Shown here in pieces: positions 53,801 to 63,439 of a stretch of DNA of 64,000 nt. Source of the DNA: Botryllus schlosseri. Taxonomy: Eukaryota. The notes below the pieces were generated by a model, which worked only from the letters and a program-made list of their open reading frames with translations, was not told where the DNA came from and ran no database searches. Made by a program: the position numbers and the translations under genes. Every line of letters starts with the position of its first letter. Positions within the stretch are counted from its first letter, which is position 1. The stretch covers positions 31,188,001-31,252,000 of the forward strand of contig CM119371.1 in NCBI GenBank assembly GCA_051294905.1. Direction: 5' to 3'.

Positions 53801-54506
53801 GACATAGTTCGTCCTTGTATGCTTCAAGACTCGGCGGCAGCACACAAATCGAGTATACCAGAATACGAGGATATCTTGAATCAGAGTATTGCCCTGTCCC
53901 GCGGCAAAAATTTGTGTTAGCTTCGTAAGTGATGCTGTTGTTCCTCAAGGCAGGCTCATCAGATCCATCCCTGTCCACAAGCACGGATTTTACTAAGGTC
54001 GTAGGACAAATGATGTATATTCAAAAAATGACACTTCAGTCGATTTGATTCAGGGCCGTCTTTATTTTAAAATCGTTTCCAACAAGATCATACACAACAT
54101 AAAGATACACAGGAACAATTTGAGTCAAAAACCAAATCGTTATCCGCATCAAACATAGAAATATCGGCTCACCAAATTCCCATCTTACCAGCTTGCAAAT
54201 ATAATTTTCAAGTCCAATATTTTGGCCCACTACAATGTTGCTATTCCCAATGTGCTCTACTTACGGGCAATCCTTTTTACCATCGCAAAATTTCCGTGCT
54301 GTAATACATGCTGTCTCATCAGAGCACTGGAATTGACCTATATTGCCATTCCCACATGTAAAGCCTGAACAACATCTTATCTTACATGTCGTAATATAAG
54401 AACCCAATTGATTAGCACTACCTTCGCCATTGGAAATCCAATCCACCGCGGCCGCTGTCATGTAAAAATACATCGTCTTGAACTTTATACCGGAAACTTT
54501 CATCAT
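23855..54506 (-). CDS. Gene B: complete LDLa-repeat, LRR-less G-protein-coupled receptor (LGR/RXFP/GRL101-like 7TM), ~1183 aa, 27 exons
   Basis: Exons: 54422-54506, 54265-54364, 53798-53970, 53598-53688, 52343-52494, 50338-50428, 48665-48819, 45560-45650, 43808-43950, 42426-42516, 41960-42102, 41723-41813, 38051-38178, 36252-36287, 36032-36190, 31375-31675, 30370-30477, 30012-30075, 29191-29277, 28053-28182, 27625-27782, 27382-27563, 25987-26112, 25225-25326, 24940-25158, 24648-24805, 23855-24042. Sum 3552 nt; all GT-AG; phases match. About 12 CDG..C..DE LDLa-like motifs, then 7TM with [37 protein letters not shown] and [12 protein letters not shown]. Confidence 0.92.
32156..33394. mobile_element. 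hAT-type element with AGTA/TACTT subterminal arrays
   Basis: TIR cagaggtggtca / tgaccacttctg; perfect TSD catttaag. Confidence 0.9.
34703..35514. mobile_element. TIR element with GAAC/GGTTC subterminal motifs
   Basis: Termini tagggctggtgtgaac / gttcacaccatccctg; TSD tcatttac / ttattaac (6 of 8). Confidence 0.7.
38940..41220 (+). pseudogene. Decayed DNA-transposase, Chapaev3 (CMC)-like, interrupted by the foldback element
   Basis: Fragments [86 protein letters not shown] and EHMMVEHCW occur in the order recalled for this transposase family. Many frameshifts. Family assignment is from memory, not a search. Confidence 0.6.
39004..40651. mobile_element. Foldback element with ~780-bp inverted arms
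   Basis: 39004-~39789 is the reverse complement of ~39888-40651 (the first ~80 nt are essentially identical); 8-bp TSD gtggctat (38996-39003, 40652-40659). Confidence 0.93.
42685..43770. mobile_element. hAT-type element, same family as 4768-5603 (inverted), with nested MITE
   Basis: Termini cagtggttctc / gagaaccactg; 42685-42900 aligns to the reverse complement of 5400-5603. No clear TSD. Confidence 0.8.
43435..43732. mobile_element. hAT-type MITE nested in 42685-43770
   Basis: TIR cagtggttcccaacct / aggttgggaaccacag; TSD atttaaag / atttagag. Confidence 0.85.
44294..44584. repeat. Degenerate inverted-repeat element with internal TTAGGG-like repeats and a poly-C end
   Basis: tgcaaaacaaggtcagtcgcta..cttgcgcaataa pairs with ttattgtgcaag..tagcgaatgactgtattgtgca; several ttaggg between 44388 and 44461. 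Confidence 0.5.
46068..48079. mobile_element. hAT-type composite non-autonomous element
   Basis: TIR cagtggttcccaa / ttgggaatcactg; TSD gtttggac / gtttagac. Internal 46290-47040 matches 15090-16100 inverted. Confidence 0.85.
49453..49642. mobile_element. Palindromic MITE (~190 bp)
   Basis: Arms tattcaactcgaaga..gagttaacggcacagtaaagg / cctttagtgtgccgttaactc..tcttcgagttgaata in AT-rich flanks. Confidence 0.8.
49671..50302. mobile_element. hAT-type MITE, GCGGACC family
   Basis: TIR cagtggttctcaa / ttgagaaccagtg; TSD ctctggag / ctctagag. Relatives at 51592-52109 and 59954-60609. Confidence 0.85.
50710..51543. mobile_element. GACTC-family hAT-type element (inverted relative to 13444-14399)
   Basis: TIR cagtgttgggat / atcccaacactg; perfect TSD ctatacag. 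Confidence 0.92.
51592..52109. mobile_element. hAT-type MITE, GCGGACC family
   Basis: Termini cagtggttctcaac / gttgaaaaccaatg; TSD tttcagac / ttttaaac (6 of 8). Confidence 0.75.
53118..53422 (-). mobile_element. tRNA-derived SINE
   Basis: The minus strand reads aatggtgaagcgtccggct..ggtcgtgggttcgatccccggccgggtcagaccaaagac (A/B-box head), then a body and the A-rich end aacgaaaaaaataaa. Confidence 0.65.
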
Positions 54507-54871
54507 TTCAGAATGTGCAATACAGGATCAATTAAACGTTAGCTATGCAGCTTTAGATCATACTGCTGTCGACTAACAGGTGCTGTTGTATCTGAATAGA
54601 ACTTGAAATATTTAAATAATAAAACGCCACGTCGAAACTACTGAATAATGTCACGAATGCTATACTCGATTCGTAGCAGCTAACATTTGAAATGATCGCA
54701 GTCACAAATAACACCGCACAATAATCTTTCATTCGACTGTGGCTTCATTGTGCCCGCAGGGTTTTGCTGTATCATTCTTCATATCTCACCGAAGGTTGGA
54801 GGTATTGTGGTATGATCATGAGCACCAATGCCGCGATGGCAACACAAATTGTGATGCTATCAGAGCTTGGG

Positions 54872-54960
54872 GAATTTACTGAGAAATGCGTGATTGGGAG
54901 CAACTGCCAAGCTCGTTGCATGCCACCTATATTTAGGCGACACCTGAAACCCTTGGAATA
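54872..54960 (-). promoter_or_regulatory. Candidate promoter block of gene B
   Basis: Paralogous to 19712-19800; shares agcaactgccaagctcgttgcat and tatttaggcgacacctgaaacc exactly while the flanks diverge. Confidence 0.45.
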
Positions 54961-55800
54961 TTCGATTGACATGCCATAGCTGGTGAATATGAAAACTGCA
55001 AATCCCAGTTAATAACTGCTTACCGGTAATAGCAAACCGTTCGCAGATGTAACAGCAGGATATGTGACATAAAAGGTGTTCTTTTCAGAACTGTGTACTG
55101 CCAACAGACATGAGGTAACCGTGGTTAGTAATCGTAATCACTGTTCCCTCTACGATGCGCGGGTTCGCGATTGCGCAATGCTGACACGGTCTCTGCGCAC
55201 TGAATATCTAAGCTGCGCCCCCCAAAAAAGTGATGACCTTTTTTTGTCGTTACGCACTGTCGGTGAGCTGGTGATTGCGCGCAGACTCGTGAAAAAATAG
55301 AGGAATATTGATCATAAATCGATTACGACGATTATAGTATTTTTAGGTAGTCGTGATCGCAATCGATAACATTCGAAAGAAATTCGAAGTTATCGTAATC
55401 GAATATTTCGAATATCTAGTCGATTTCGTTATAAAAGAACGATGACTTAGTACTTCTGCTATGACTATCACAATACCTGAACATCTGTGAACAAGTAATA
55501 GTGCGTTATTATATCAGATTTTTTCTTGCAGAAGCGTCTGGTTTTTAAACTCCACTGTTCATCGCTCGTCGAAGCGTCGATCGGTGGTTCTAACCGATGT
55601 TTTCTGGAGTTTAGGAGGACACAAACTCACCTCATGCAGCCATTGGTAGTAGACCTAGTCGAATTAACACTGTTAGTGGTACGACGTGTGTAGTGGCATA
55701 TGCTGGAAAGTTTAGTATTAGAAACCGAAACCTCTTCCTTCCGAAATGCCAATTCTATCTCTACTATTTAAAAGAACCTTTGCAATTACCCAATTTGTAT

Positions 55801-56313
55801 CAGTGATGAGCGGATAGTGCTTTTCGAGACTCCGAATCCCTCCGACAACTTTAGTGTCTGAGGAAAACTCTCTCCGACTCCGAAGAGTTCAATCCCAGAC
55901 TCCGAGATACTCCAATGAATCTCGTCAAGTATCCGAAACAGTGGCAAGCATGGTACATGGTCCACATAATACATATGATAATCTGGTTGGCCTCATAGTA
56001 TTGTTTACTCTCCTGTACCCAATTGCAGTGCAGATGGATGATTTTTATGTACTTGGCAATCATTTCTGCATGTTACCCGTCATGTTACAACTTTACAAGG
56101 TGTCAACTGTCTGTGTTTTGGTTTGTAATCATAATCAAAAGTGCATTCTGGTCAGCTCTATCTAAAGATATCGGAGACAAGAGTTACAATACTCCGAAAT
56201 TCTCCGAAAAAATATCTGTAGTAAACTCCGACTCCGCTCCGACTGTCTCAAAATCGGCAAAACTTCGCTCCGAATCCACTCCGACTCCGACTCCGCTCCG
56301 ATGCTCATCACTG
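55801..56313. mobile_element. MITE with ACTCCG subterminal arrays
   Basis: TIR cagtgatgagc / gctcatcactg; no recognisable TSD. Confidence 0.75.
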
Positions 56314-56528
56314 CTAACAATACACAATTGCCAAGTTTATTCCTTGCATTTCTGAACTGGTGTTTGAAAGGCAGTAGCAGCAGTCAAACATACTACAATA
56401 AATATTCATTATAATATTTTCGGTTTGTTTGAAAATCATATTTTAATAGTTTTGTTTTATTAACACTCTGTTGATGTACAAGTACAGTTCATTTTGTGCG
56501 TCAGGAATCTATAGCAAGGCATCAGATG

Positions 56529-57216
56529 CAGTGACGCGCGGTGAGGTTCGTCGCTGGTGAGCTATGTACTGACTGACTTTTTTCGAGTCAGATTTACAAA
56601 TCTATGAACGCAAAATGGAGGGTGATTTAGTTGACAACTTGTTTCGTTACACGTTAGGACTGTTCAAACGCAGGCTACGTAAGCAGCTAATACATACATA
56701 TTATGGATCAACAATTGAATGTAGACATGGATTGAAAATACATAACAGTAATACATAAGCGAGGGCATGTTATACTGTACTATTTAGATTTGAATTGTTA
56801 GCCAATAACCGAGGAATAATATTAATCTGATATCACCTGGATATTGTTACTCTACGTACGCTGTCCATTGCACGTAGCAAAGCCGGTGTGATTTACTTGC
56901 TGTGATTTAAATTTTCGAAGTAAGTGCGACAATAGCGTTCGATTGATTCCAGTCGTTGTATATTATGGGCTGCTCATGATGAATTGCGCTATCACAGGTG
57001 AAACTGGCCCTGTCTATACCTCGCTTATCCCTTCGCGCTTTAGTTGAACAATAAATAAACTATTTCCGTGATTTTGAGTGTGTCATTCATAACATCCATA
57101 GAAAATTTCAACATTTATTTGTAGTATAATCATTGAAAACAAGTTTTCTTTGCTCATCGTGATAACATGTGATGCTCTGCCCTGCTTGCCTCCCCGGGCC
57201 GCACCGCAGGTCACTG
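56529..57216. mobile_element. hAT-type MITE
   Basis: Termini cagtgacgcgcggtg / caccgcaggtcactg; TSD atcagatg / attagagg (6 of 8). Confidence 0.7.
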
Positions 57217-58347
57217 ATTAGAGGAGTAGTTGGGCGTGGTGGTAGATTTGTGTTTTTATTATTCAGCCAAAAGTTGGGTTTAATAAAGATTAGGAACCAC
57301 TGAAACAAATATTCGATGTAGTAGTATCATTGAGAGAACTACCGTCATGCCGTATGTCAGGTTCTCAATACACAAAACACACCGCTACCTCGCAGGAAAA
57401 AAAGTCAGCAGCACTCCGCCTAACAGTCTCAAACGGTAACATAATTATTGATTTTTGAGAATGCTTAGTTAAACGCAGTGTGAACGTATCTTCTTGCCTA
57501 GGAGTATTTACGGCTACACAGACAAAGATTTGTAATTTCGTACACGTCAAATAAAACACGACGACTTCCTCATCGAAGCATTAGAAATCATCGACCTCTG
57601 ATATAACTCATAACAGAGCTCTTCTTTGCCGTTATCCGTAACAGCAGTCCGCCAGTGGACTAGCGTGGATTGTTGCTACGATTAAAACCGATGGGGTCAA
57701 GAAATCGTCCGCTATGCAGTTGAACAACTGATGTATTGTGACGTACAACGCAAATGACGTCACCTTCAAAAGAACAATGTTCATTCACGAGGCCTTCTCA
57801 TCGCAATTGTTGTATTGTCTTCCAATTTGTAATCAAGTTACAAGTATCAAAATAAATGTAATCGTGATTACTTTTCCATTCTAATCGTAATCGCGATCGA
57901 CTACTTCGAGATTACGCTATAATCGTGATCGTAATCGCGTTATTCGAAAGTAATTGTAATCGCAATCCATTTCCGACTACCAATTCATCCTATAATGATC
58001 AGAGCTAGTAAAGATCAAATAGAGGATTGCGTTTACAATTTTACACGTTGTGTGTAAAGAGATGAGGCCTATGTATTTGTTTTGCAAGTGCGTCTGTTCC
58101 CCACAAGTAATCCCTGGATTCCCCGCCGTCTGTAATTTCCCACCACTGTCATGGAACGGGTAAACTATGGCAAAACAACTTTAATATCCGACAGACATCA
58201 GTGCATCCAGAACGAATGCTAACGATGACGAACGAACGATTTGTTCGTGGTTCGATGAAACATTAATCTACGGTATGGCTGTTACTTGTCCTGCTATTCC
58301 ATACAAAGTTTGAATATACCTTGAGCGATGATGCCGTTAAGTTAGAT

Positions 58348-59666
58348 CAGACCTGGGCAAAGCGCGGCCGGCGAAGCTTTTCTGTGCGGCCCGCGAAAGG
58401 TTGATTGCAATTCAAAACATAAAACTTGCTTGTTGAATAAATAAAATCATAGGCTGAATCAACTGAGCTGGAACTTTATTTACTTCGAAACCCGTTCATT
58501 GATACGCCTCTATTACGCTGCCTACATACCTGGCATGCGTAATCCAGATTCAAAATAAAGGCAATGGGCCAAAGTATGAGTAATAATTATAGTCATTCTT
58601 TACATGTAGTTCAGCTCAGACCTTTTTTGTTTCCATTGTCATATTGCGAGTTTTACGGTATGTGTTTCAAATTGTTACGTGATACGTTTCCAAATCCCTA
58701 ATTTGTAAAACAAGTCAATCAGTGCTCGCGATTACTACATGGCTGACTAATCATATCCATCACCATAAAGGATTAACCGGTATGCCCAAAAAAAACGAAA
58801 ACTGAAATTCAAAGGTTTAAAATTTAGAGTACTTAATAGTTGCATACAGAAGTCAAAGGTAAACCCGTCCTTTTAGTTTTTACCGAGCCTGTCGCCGAGA
58901 TTGAGGATTTAAATTACACTCGGTCTTACGACAAAAACACGTAACACTCGGTCAAGGAAGTGCGAAGTTCAGAAAAACTGCAAACTTCCCTCAACATCAA
59001 AGCTATTTGAGCTGCTTACTGCTCGAAATGCAGCGACCAAGAAAATAAGCTTTGTACTATTGTATATACATTTCAGTGAAGTGGTTTTCGAACTGGGGGA
59101 TTGCAAGCATCAGATGGGGGCGTAAAGTCGAAGTTAATTGAAAAAGTTTTCGCGCTCCGAGGGATTTACCCTCAGCTAATAGTTGTTGCTGAGTGTATTG
59201 TGACTTTAACATTTCAAAATTCTCTCATCAACAGTCATAAACTTCCATGCCATCAAGCTATCCATTTAGATTGCTGGCATTCATGTAGCACATTTTTATA
59301 GTTTGTAATATAATGATAAGGGGGAGCAAAATTTTTCACTATCATGAAGGGAGGCACCCCTAAAAAAGTTTGAGATCTACTGTTTTAGCGTCTTATTGGA
59401 AGAACGTGGAAAGGGGTTTAAAGAGAGTTGATAATGTATCATGTTCAACATTGTTTCGAATCATGATGGCAAATAGATCTTTTTAATTTACCATCATTTT
59501 CTCATTACGTAATATCAAGTCGGTCACTGAGCAGGATTTATTAACAGTGTAATTTAGAAATAAAATGAAGATTTGAAGGAGAATAGCTAAAAAAAATTCA
59601 CACGCCCCCCCAACGTATTTTCTACTTCTCATCTGGCCCGCGGACGAAAATAATTGCCCACCCCTT
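58348..59666. mobile_element. hAT (Charlie-like) non-autonomous element with a nested MITE at 59079-59382
   Basis: Termini cagacctgggcaa / ttgcccacccctt with GCGGCC motifs; TSD agttagat / aattagat. Confidence 0.75.
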
Positions 59667-59953
59667 AATTAGATGGTGATTAAGGCTGACTCCAAGCAAA
59701 ATACGTGTTATGTTGAAAGATTTGTGCCATTTTATGGTCGGGGCAACTTACCCGTGAACGCTTTTAGTTGGTCTCACACTTTAAAATGATTAAAAATGTT
59801 CCGTCACGAAGTTTCAGACCTGCTTCGTGACTTACTTAACATGGCTTGAAACATTTATCCTGCGTCGCGCCCTAGAACGATTTCGGGTTGAAAAACTGAG
59901 GCTGATTACAATTGGGAATATGTCACACCAATTATGGAAAGTATTGTCTAAAC

Positions 59954-60609
59954 CAGTGGTTCTCGACCGCGGACCGAAGCAGGTTCGACGACAGTTTCGT
60001 GCCGATGCGCCATATGTAAGCATTTTATATCTTTATTATACCATTAATTAGAGAAGTAAAAGATGAGATTTTAATTTGATCAGGAAGTTTGTAACATATT
60101 TTTGCATGGTGTTGTAATAGACAGTTAATGGTCCCCTTTGACCGTAGGTCACAATGGTGCAAATGCTGTACGAAACTGTTTAAAAGCAGTCTACGTCTGG
60201 CTTCCGACAAGTTATGTGTGACGGCTACGGATATTTTTAAACAAACTTCGGTAAATTTAGCCGGTGCAATTAAACAACGATTGTGAGTATAACAGAGACT
60301 ATACAGGAAACAGACAAGTAGCAATATCTTTTACACGATACCGAACCAACAACAGCATCAGTTCAAGTTATTGCTCCTTAACAGCTGACTTCGCGAGCTT
60401 CGCTTTGCAGAACCTTCAATAGAACAACGTTAAAACACGTAATATCTTGATAGCAGCATTAAGCGAAGTTTCCAATATTAAATTTGAGCTGCATACATTT
60501 GTGGTAGGCTACTTAAATTTAGGTTTGGGATTTTCAAAGCTTCACCGGTGCGTAGCATTTATTTTGAAGTTTTGTCGGTCCGCGAGGCCAAAAACGTTAG
60601 GAACCACTG
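59954..60609. mobile_element. hAT-type MITE, GCGGACC family (inverted)
   Basis: TIR cagtggttct / ggaaccactg; flanks gtctaaac / ctaaac. Internal similarity to 49960-50060. Confidence 0.78.
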
Positions 60610-61326
60610 CTAAACGGCATTTATGGTACTCCATATAAGCGTTTATACTTTGCTTTTTCTTGTATTCTGCAACTGATCTCCAGGTCCCAGAAAAACCTAA
60701 TGGCAACTCACGAAATCTATATACCATATTGGTTAACTTTCGGTTTTTCAATATCACATCAACCTCTTGCTGTGAAAGTGCCCCAAAAGGCATTTGGTTT
60801 CTACTAGACTCGATGAAGATAATAATTAGATATTAGTCTTCAAACTTTTCGGGAATATGACATGGTTCTATTGATGAAAACAGTCATATTTGATGGCAAA
60901 GATTTATGTCTTGATTTTCCACCAACTGATGGTATCAGATTCCTCGAACATACTATCGTTCTATGACCCGAGTTTGATACATGCAAATGATGCGAGAGAT
61001 AGGTGGGGTCCTAATAAGCAAACAAGATATTGCATTGGAAAGAAAACAGTTACAAACTTTTTTCCAATTTCGTGAAATCTAAATTAGCTCGGGACAAATA
61101 TATTTATAGACATTTAAGAGATGTTAAATCATCATCGTTATAACGAGGACATCTCGACGAAGGTAACTATAATTTCCATTTATTCCCCAGTGTCATCATT
61201 GCTTTCATTAAGTGGCATTGTCATTATCGAAACACTATCACAGGACCCTATCAAGATGAAAACGCCCGAAAAAGCATCACCGAATAATTGAACAAATGTT
61301 TTGACAACAAGCTCATTACATGAATA

Positions 61327-61332
61327 TTTATT
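61327..61332 (-). terminator. Candidate polyadenylation signal AATAAA of gene C
   Basis: About 100 nt downstream of the stop, within a 3' region alignable to gene B. Confidence 0.45.
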
Positions 61333-61431
61333 ACGTGTGCTCCACGATTGGCATTTGATTAGCATGGGATATATACATCAGGTGATTATCTCAAACTGTT
61401 TGACCATTTTCTCTTGTCCAAACGATACACT

Positions 61432-62951
61432 TCATCTCTCTGTCATTGCCACCGCCTCGGTTTCATCCATAGCGGAAGCTGGCACTGGTCTCCCGATCCT
61501 CAAAATCTTGTTCCAAATGATTTCAGGAAGATCCGAATAGAGCAGCGGATTCAACGCACTATTAATGGGCACGATAAGCAAACCCGCCGGCAGGTAAACA
61601 TCTTTCGGTATGTCAACCCCTATACGAAATTAAAAAGATATGTACTGGCTCATCAGCACTTTACTTAATGATTATGAGTTGACTAAATGATAGAGCCGAA
61701 ATATCGTTAAACGTGGAATCAAGTGCAGTAGTGATTTTCACATTCGATATTCACGAGATTTACGTGATGATAGATTTCCATTGTCATGAGTGGCTTATGC
61801 AGGAATTAGAATGGAGATAATATTTTGGATATATTACGCATTTTTATCCACAAATAGAATAGAATAGAATACACTAAATATGATGAATTTTACGAATAGT
61901 TACTTCATTAAAAACCATTTTCGTTCAGCAGAAATGCAAATATGGAACTAAGACATGACGTCTCATTAGAATGTATCGTTAATAAGAGTACAAGATGACA
62001 ATAAGAGTATCTTCTCTTTGGAAAATTCCCAAGCTGAAATTTATCAGCAATCGTAAAGATATTTTCTGACTTTACCAGACACATGTAAAATTAACACTGA
62101 AAAGTCGCTACCAACTTTTGTAATCGTAATCAGTTAATATTCATGAGATAATTTGGCATTTCAAAAGAATTGACTTTCGTAATGATGTGAGAAAAGTGAA
62201 AAGGCGACAATTCCATGATTTGTGTTTATTATATAAAAATTCACTCTGTTGTATTCAGTAACATATGACAAGAATGTTCCGCTTACCGTTAAAACTCAAG
62301 AAACCGATGATGCAAATCGGTATCCAGCAAAGGAAGTCAGATATCACGATTCGTGTCAGCTTGCGTTGTATGCTCTTGCTTTCCTTATTATTCATTTCTT
62401 CGCTGGCGTTAGCCTCAATCACTGTGGAAGTGCTCATGGCGCGTCTACAAAAATTTGACGTGCGTGAATAAAAAGTTCAACCCGAACGTCAAACCAGATA
62501 TATCATGCTCACACTTCGTTGGTTAGCTATAGCTAGTTAGTGCAATTAGCTGGCATCGACAACGACTTACCTAAACAACAAAACGTAGCAAACGAGCATG
62601 TACAGAAAAGCTACAAAATTCAGAAGCAGCAGAAAGAATGAATATCCCCAAGCCCTGTCCACGGATGGATTCGGAAAAAATGTCGGCAGACAAACTCCGT
62701 GACTGGAATAGTAGCCGAACTCGTACGCCACTGTCATGTTCGGGTTTACGTCAAGAATTTTATTCTTCAGTCGGCTCCACTCAGTAGATCTGCAAATAAT
62801 ATTTGGAGAAATCAATAAATGCTCAATTCACATGTTCTACTATACGTACCCATCTTGAGGCTGCGGAGTAGTTTGAATAAGGCTGAGCCACTTGTCCATA
62901 TACTGAATATCATGGTAATTTACCACTTTGAAAATTCGGTTTTCATTGAAC
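61432..62951 (-). CDS. Gene C: third paralog, last four exons (ECL2 to TM7 and C-tail); upstream exons lie right of the window
   Basis: Exons 62850-62951, 62571-62789, 62287-62444, 61432-61619 have the same lengths (102, 219, 158, 188 nt) and phases as the last four exons of gene B, with near-identical TM5-TM7 protein. Stop TGA at 61432-61434. Confidence 0.92.
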
Positions 62952-63248
62952 CTATAATGCACGAATATGAGCATTCAATTCGGTAGACTTTCAATTTACG
63001 AACAATGTTGTCCCGGTTCTACATCAGGATGTTTTAATTGTAACGTTATTATATTTTTATAGTCTCGCTATTCGTGAAATATCATACATCAATCTCATGC
63101 TGAATCTGATCTTACGTCGACAAATCGACGTGTCGATGGGCATCATCAACGTTCTATGGAATAGTGATAGAAGGGTTTTCGCAGACATGTGATAGCCTTT
63201 ACCCATCGGGATATCCCAAAGTTTGAAAAAGAAATATATAACACTGGT

Positions 63249-63396
63249 CAGCAATCTTGCTATTTAGGGGTATAAAATATTTGCTCGAACAAGAGCCAGA
63301 TCTGGAAGGTCGGTGATTACGAATATCAGATTAGTTTTTCCAGATTGGCTCTTGTTCGAGAAATATTTATACCCCTAAAATAGCCCAAGATTGCTG
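63249..63396. mobile_element. Palindromic MITE (~150 bp)
   Basis: Arms cagcaatcttg..ggggtataaaatattt..ctcgaacaagagcca..tctggaa and their reverse complement. Confidence 0.8.
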
Positions 63397-63439
63397 TATT
63401 TACCCATGAATATTTCAATTGATAGGAAGAAAATCGTAG

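Larger units (their letters stand above)
55108..57992. mobile_element. Old TIR element with GTAATC/GATTAC subterminal arrays hosting three nested elements
   Basis: (C)GTAATCG arrays at 55125-55410 and 57855-57970. The region is absent from the paralogous spacer upstream of gene A. Termini are degenerate and boundaries approximate. Confidence 0.55.

Noticed and set aside
2862..62951. Paralogs as an uncollapsed haplotype or assembly duplication
   Set aside because: Copies differ in exon number, in-frame indels and nearly all transposon insertions, and three consecutive copies lie head to tail; true tandem paralogy is more likely.
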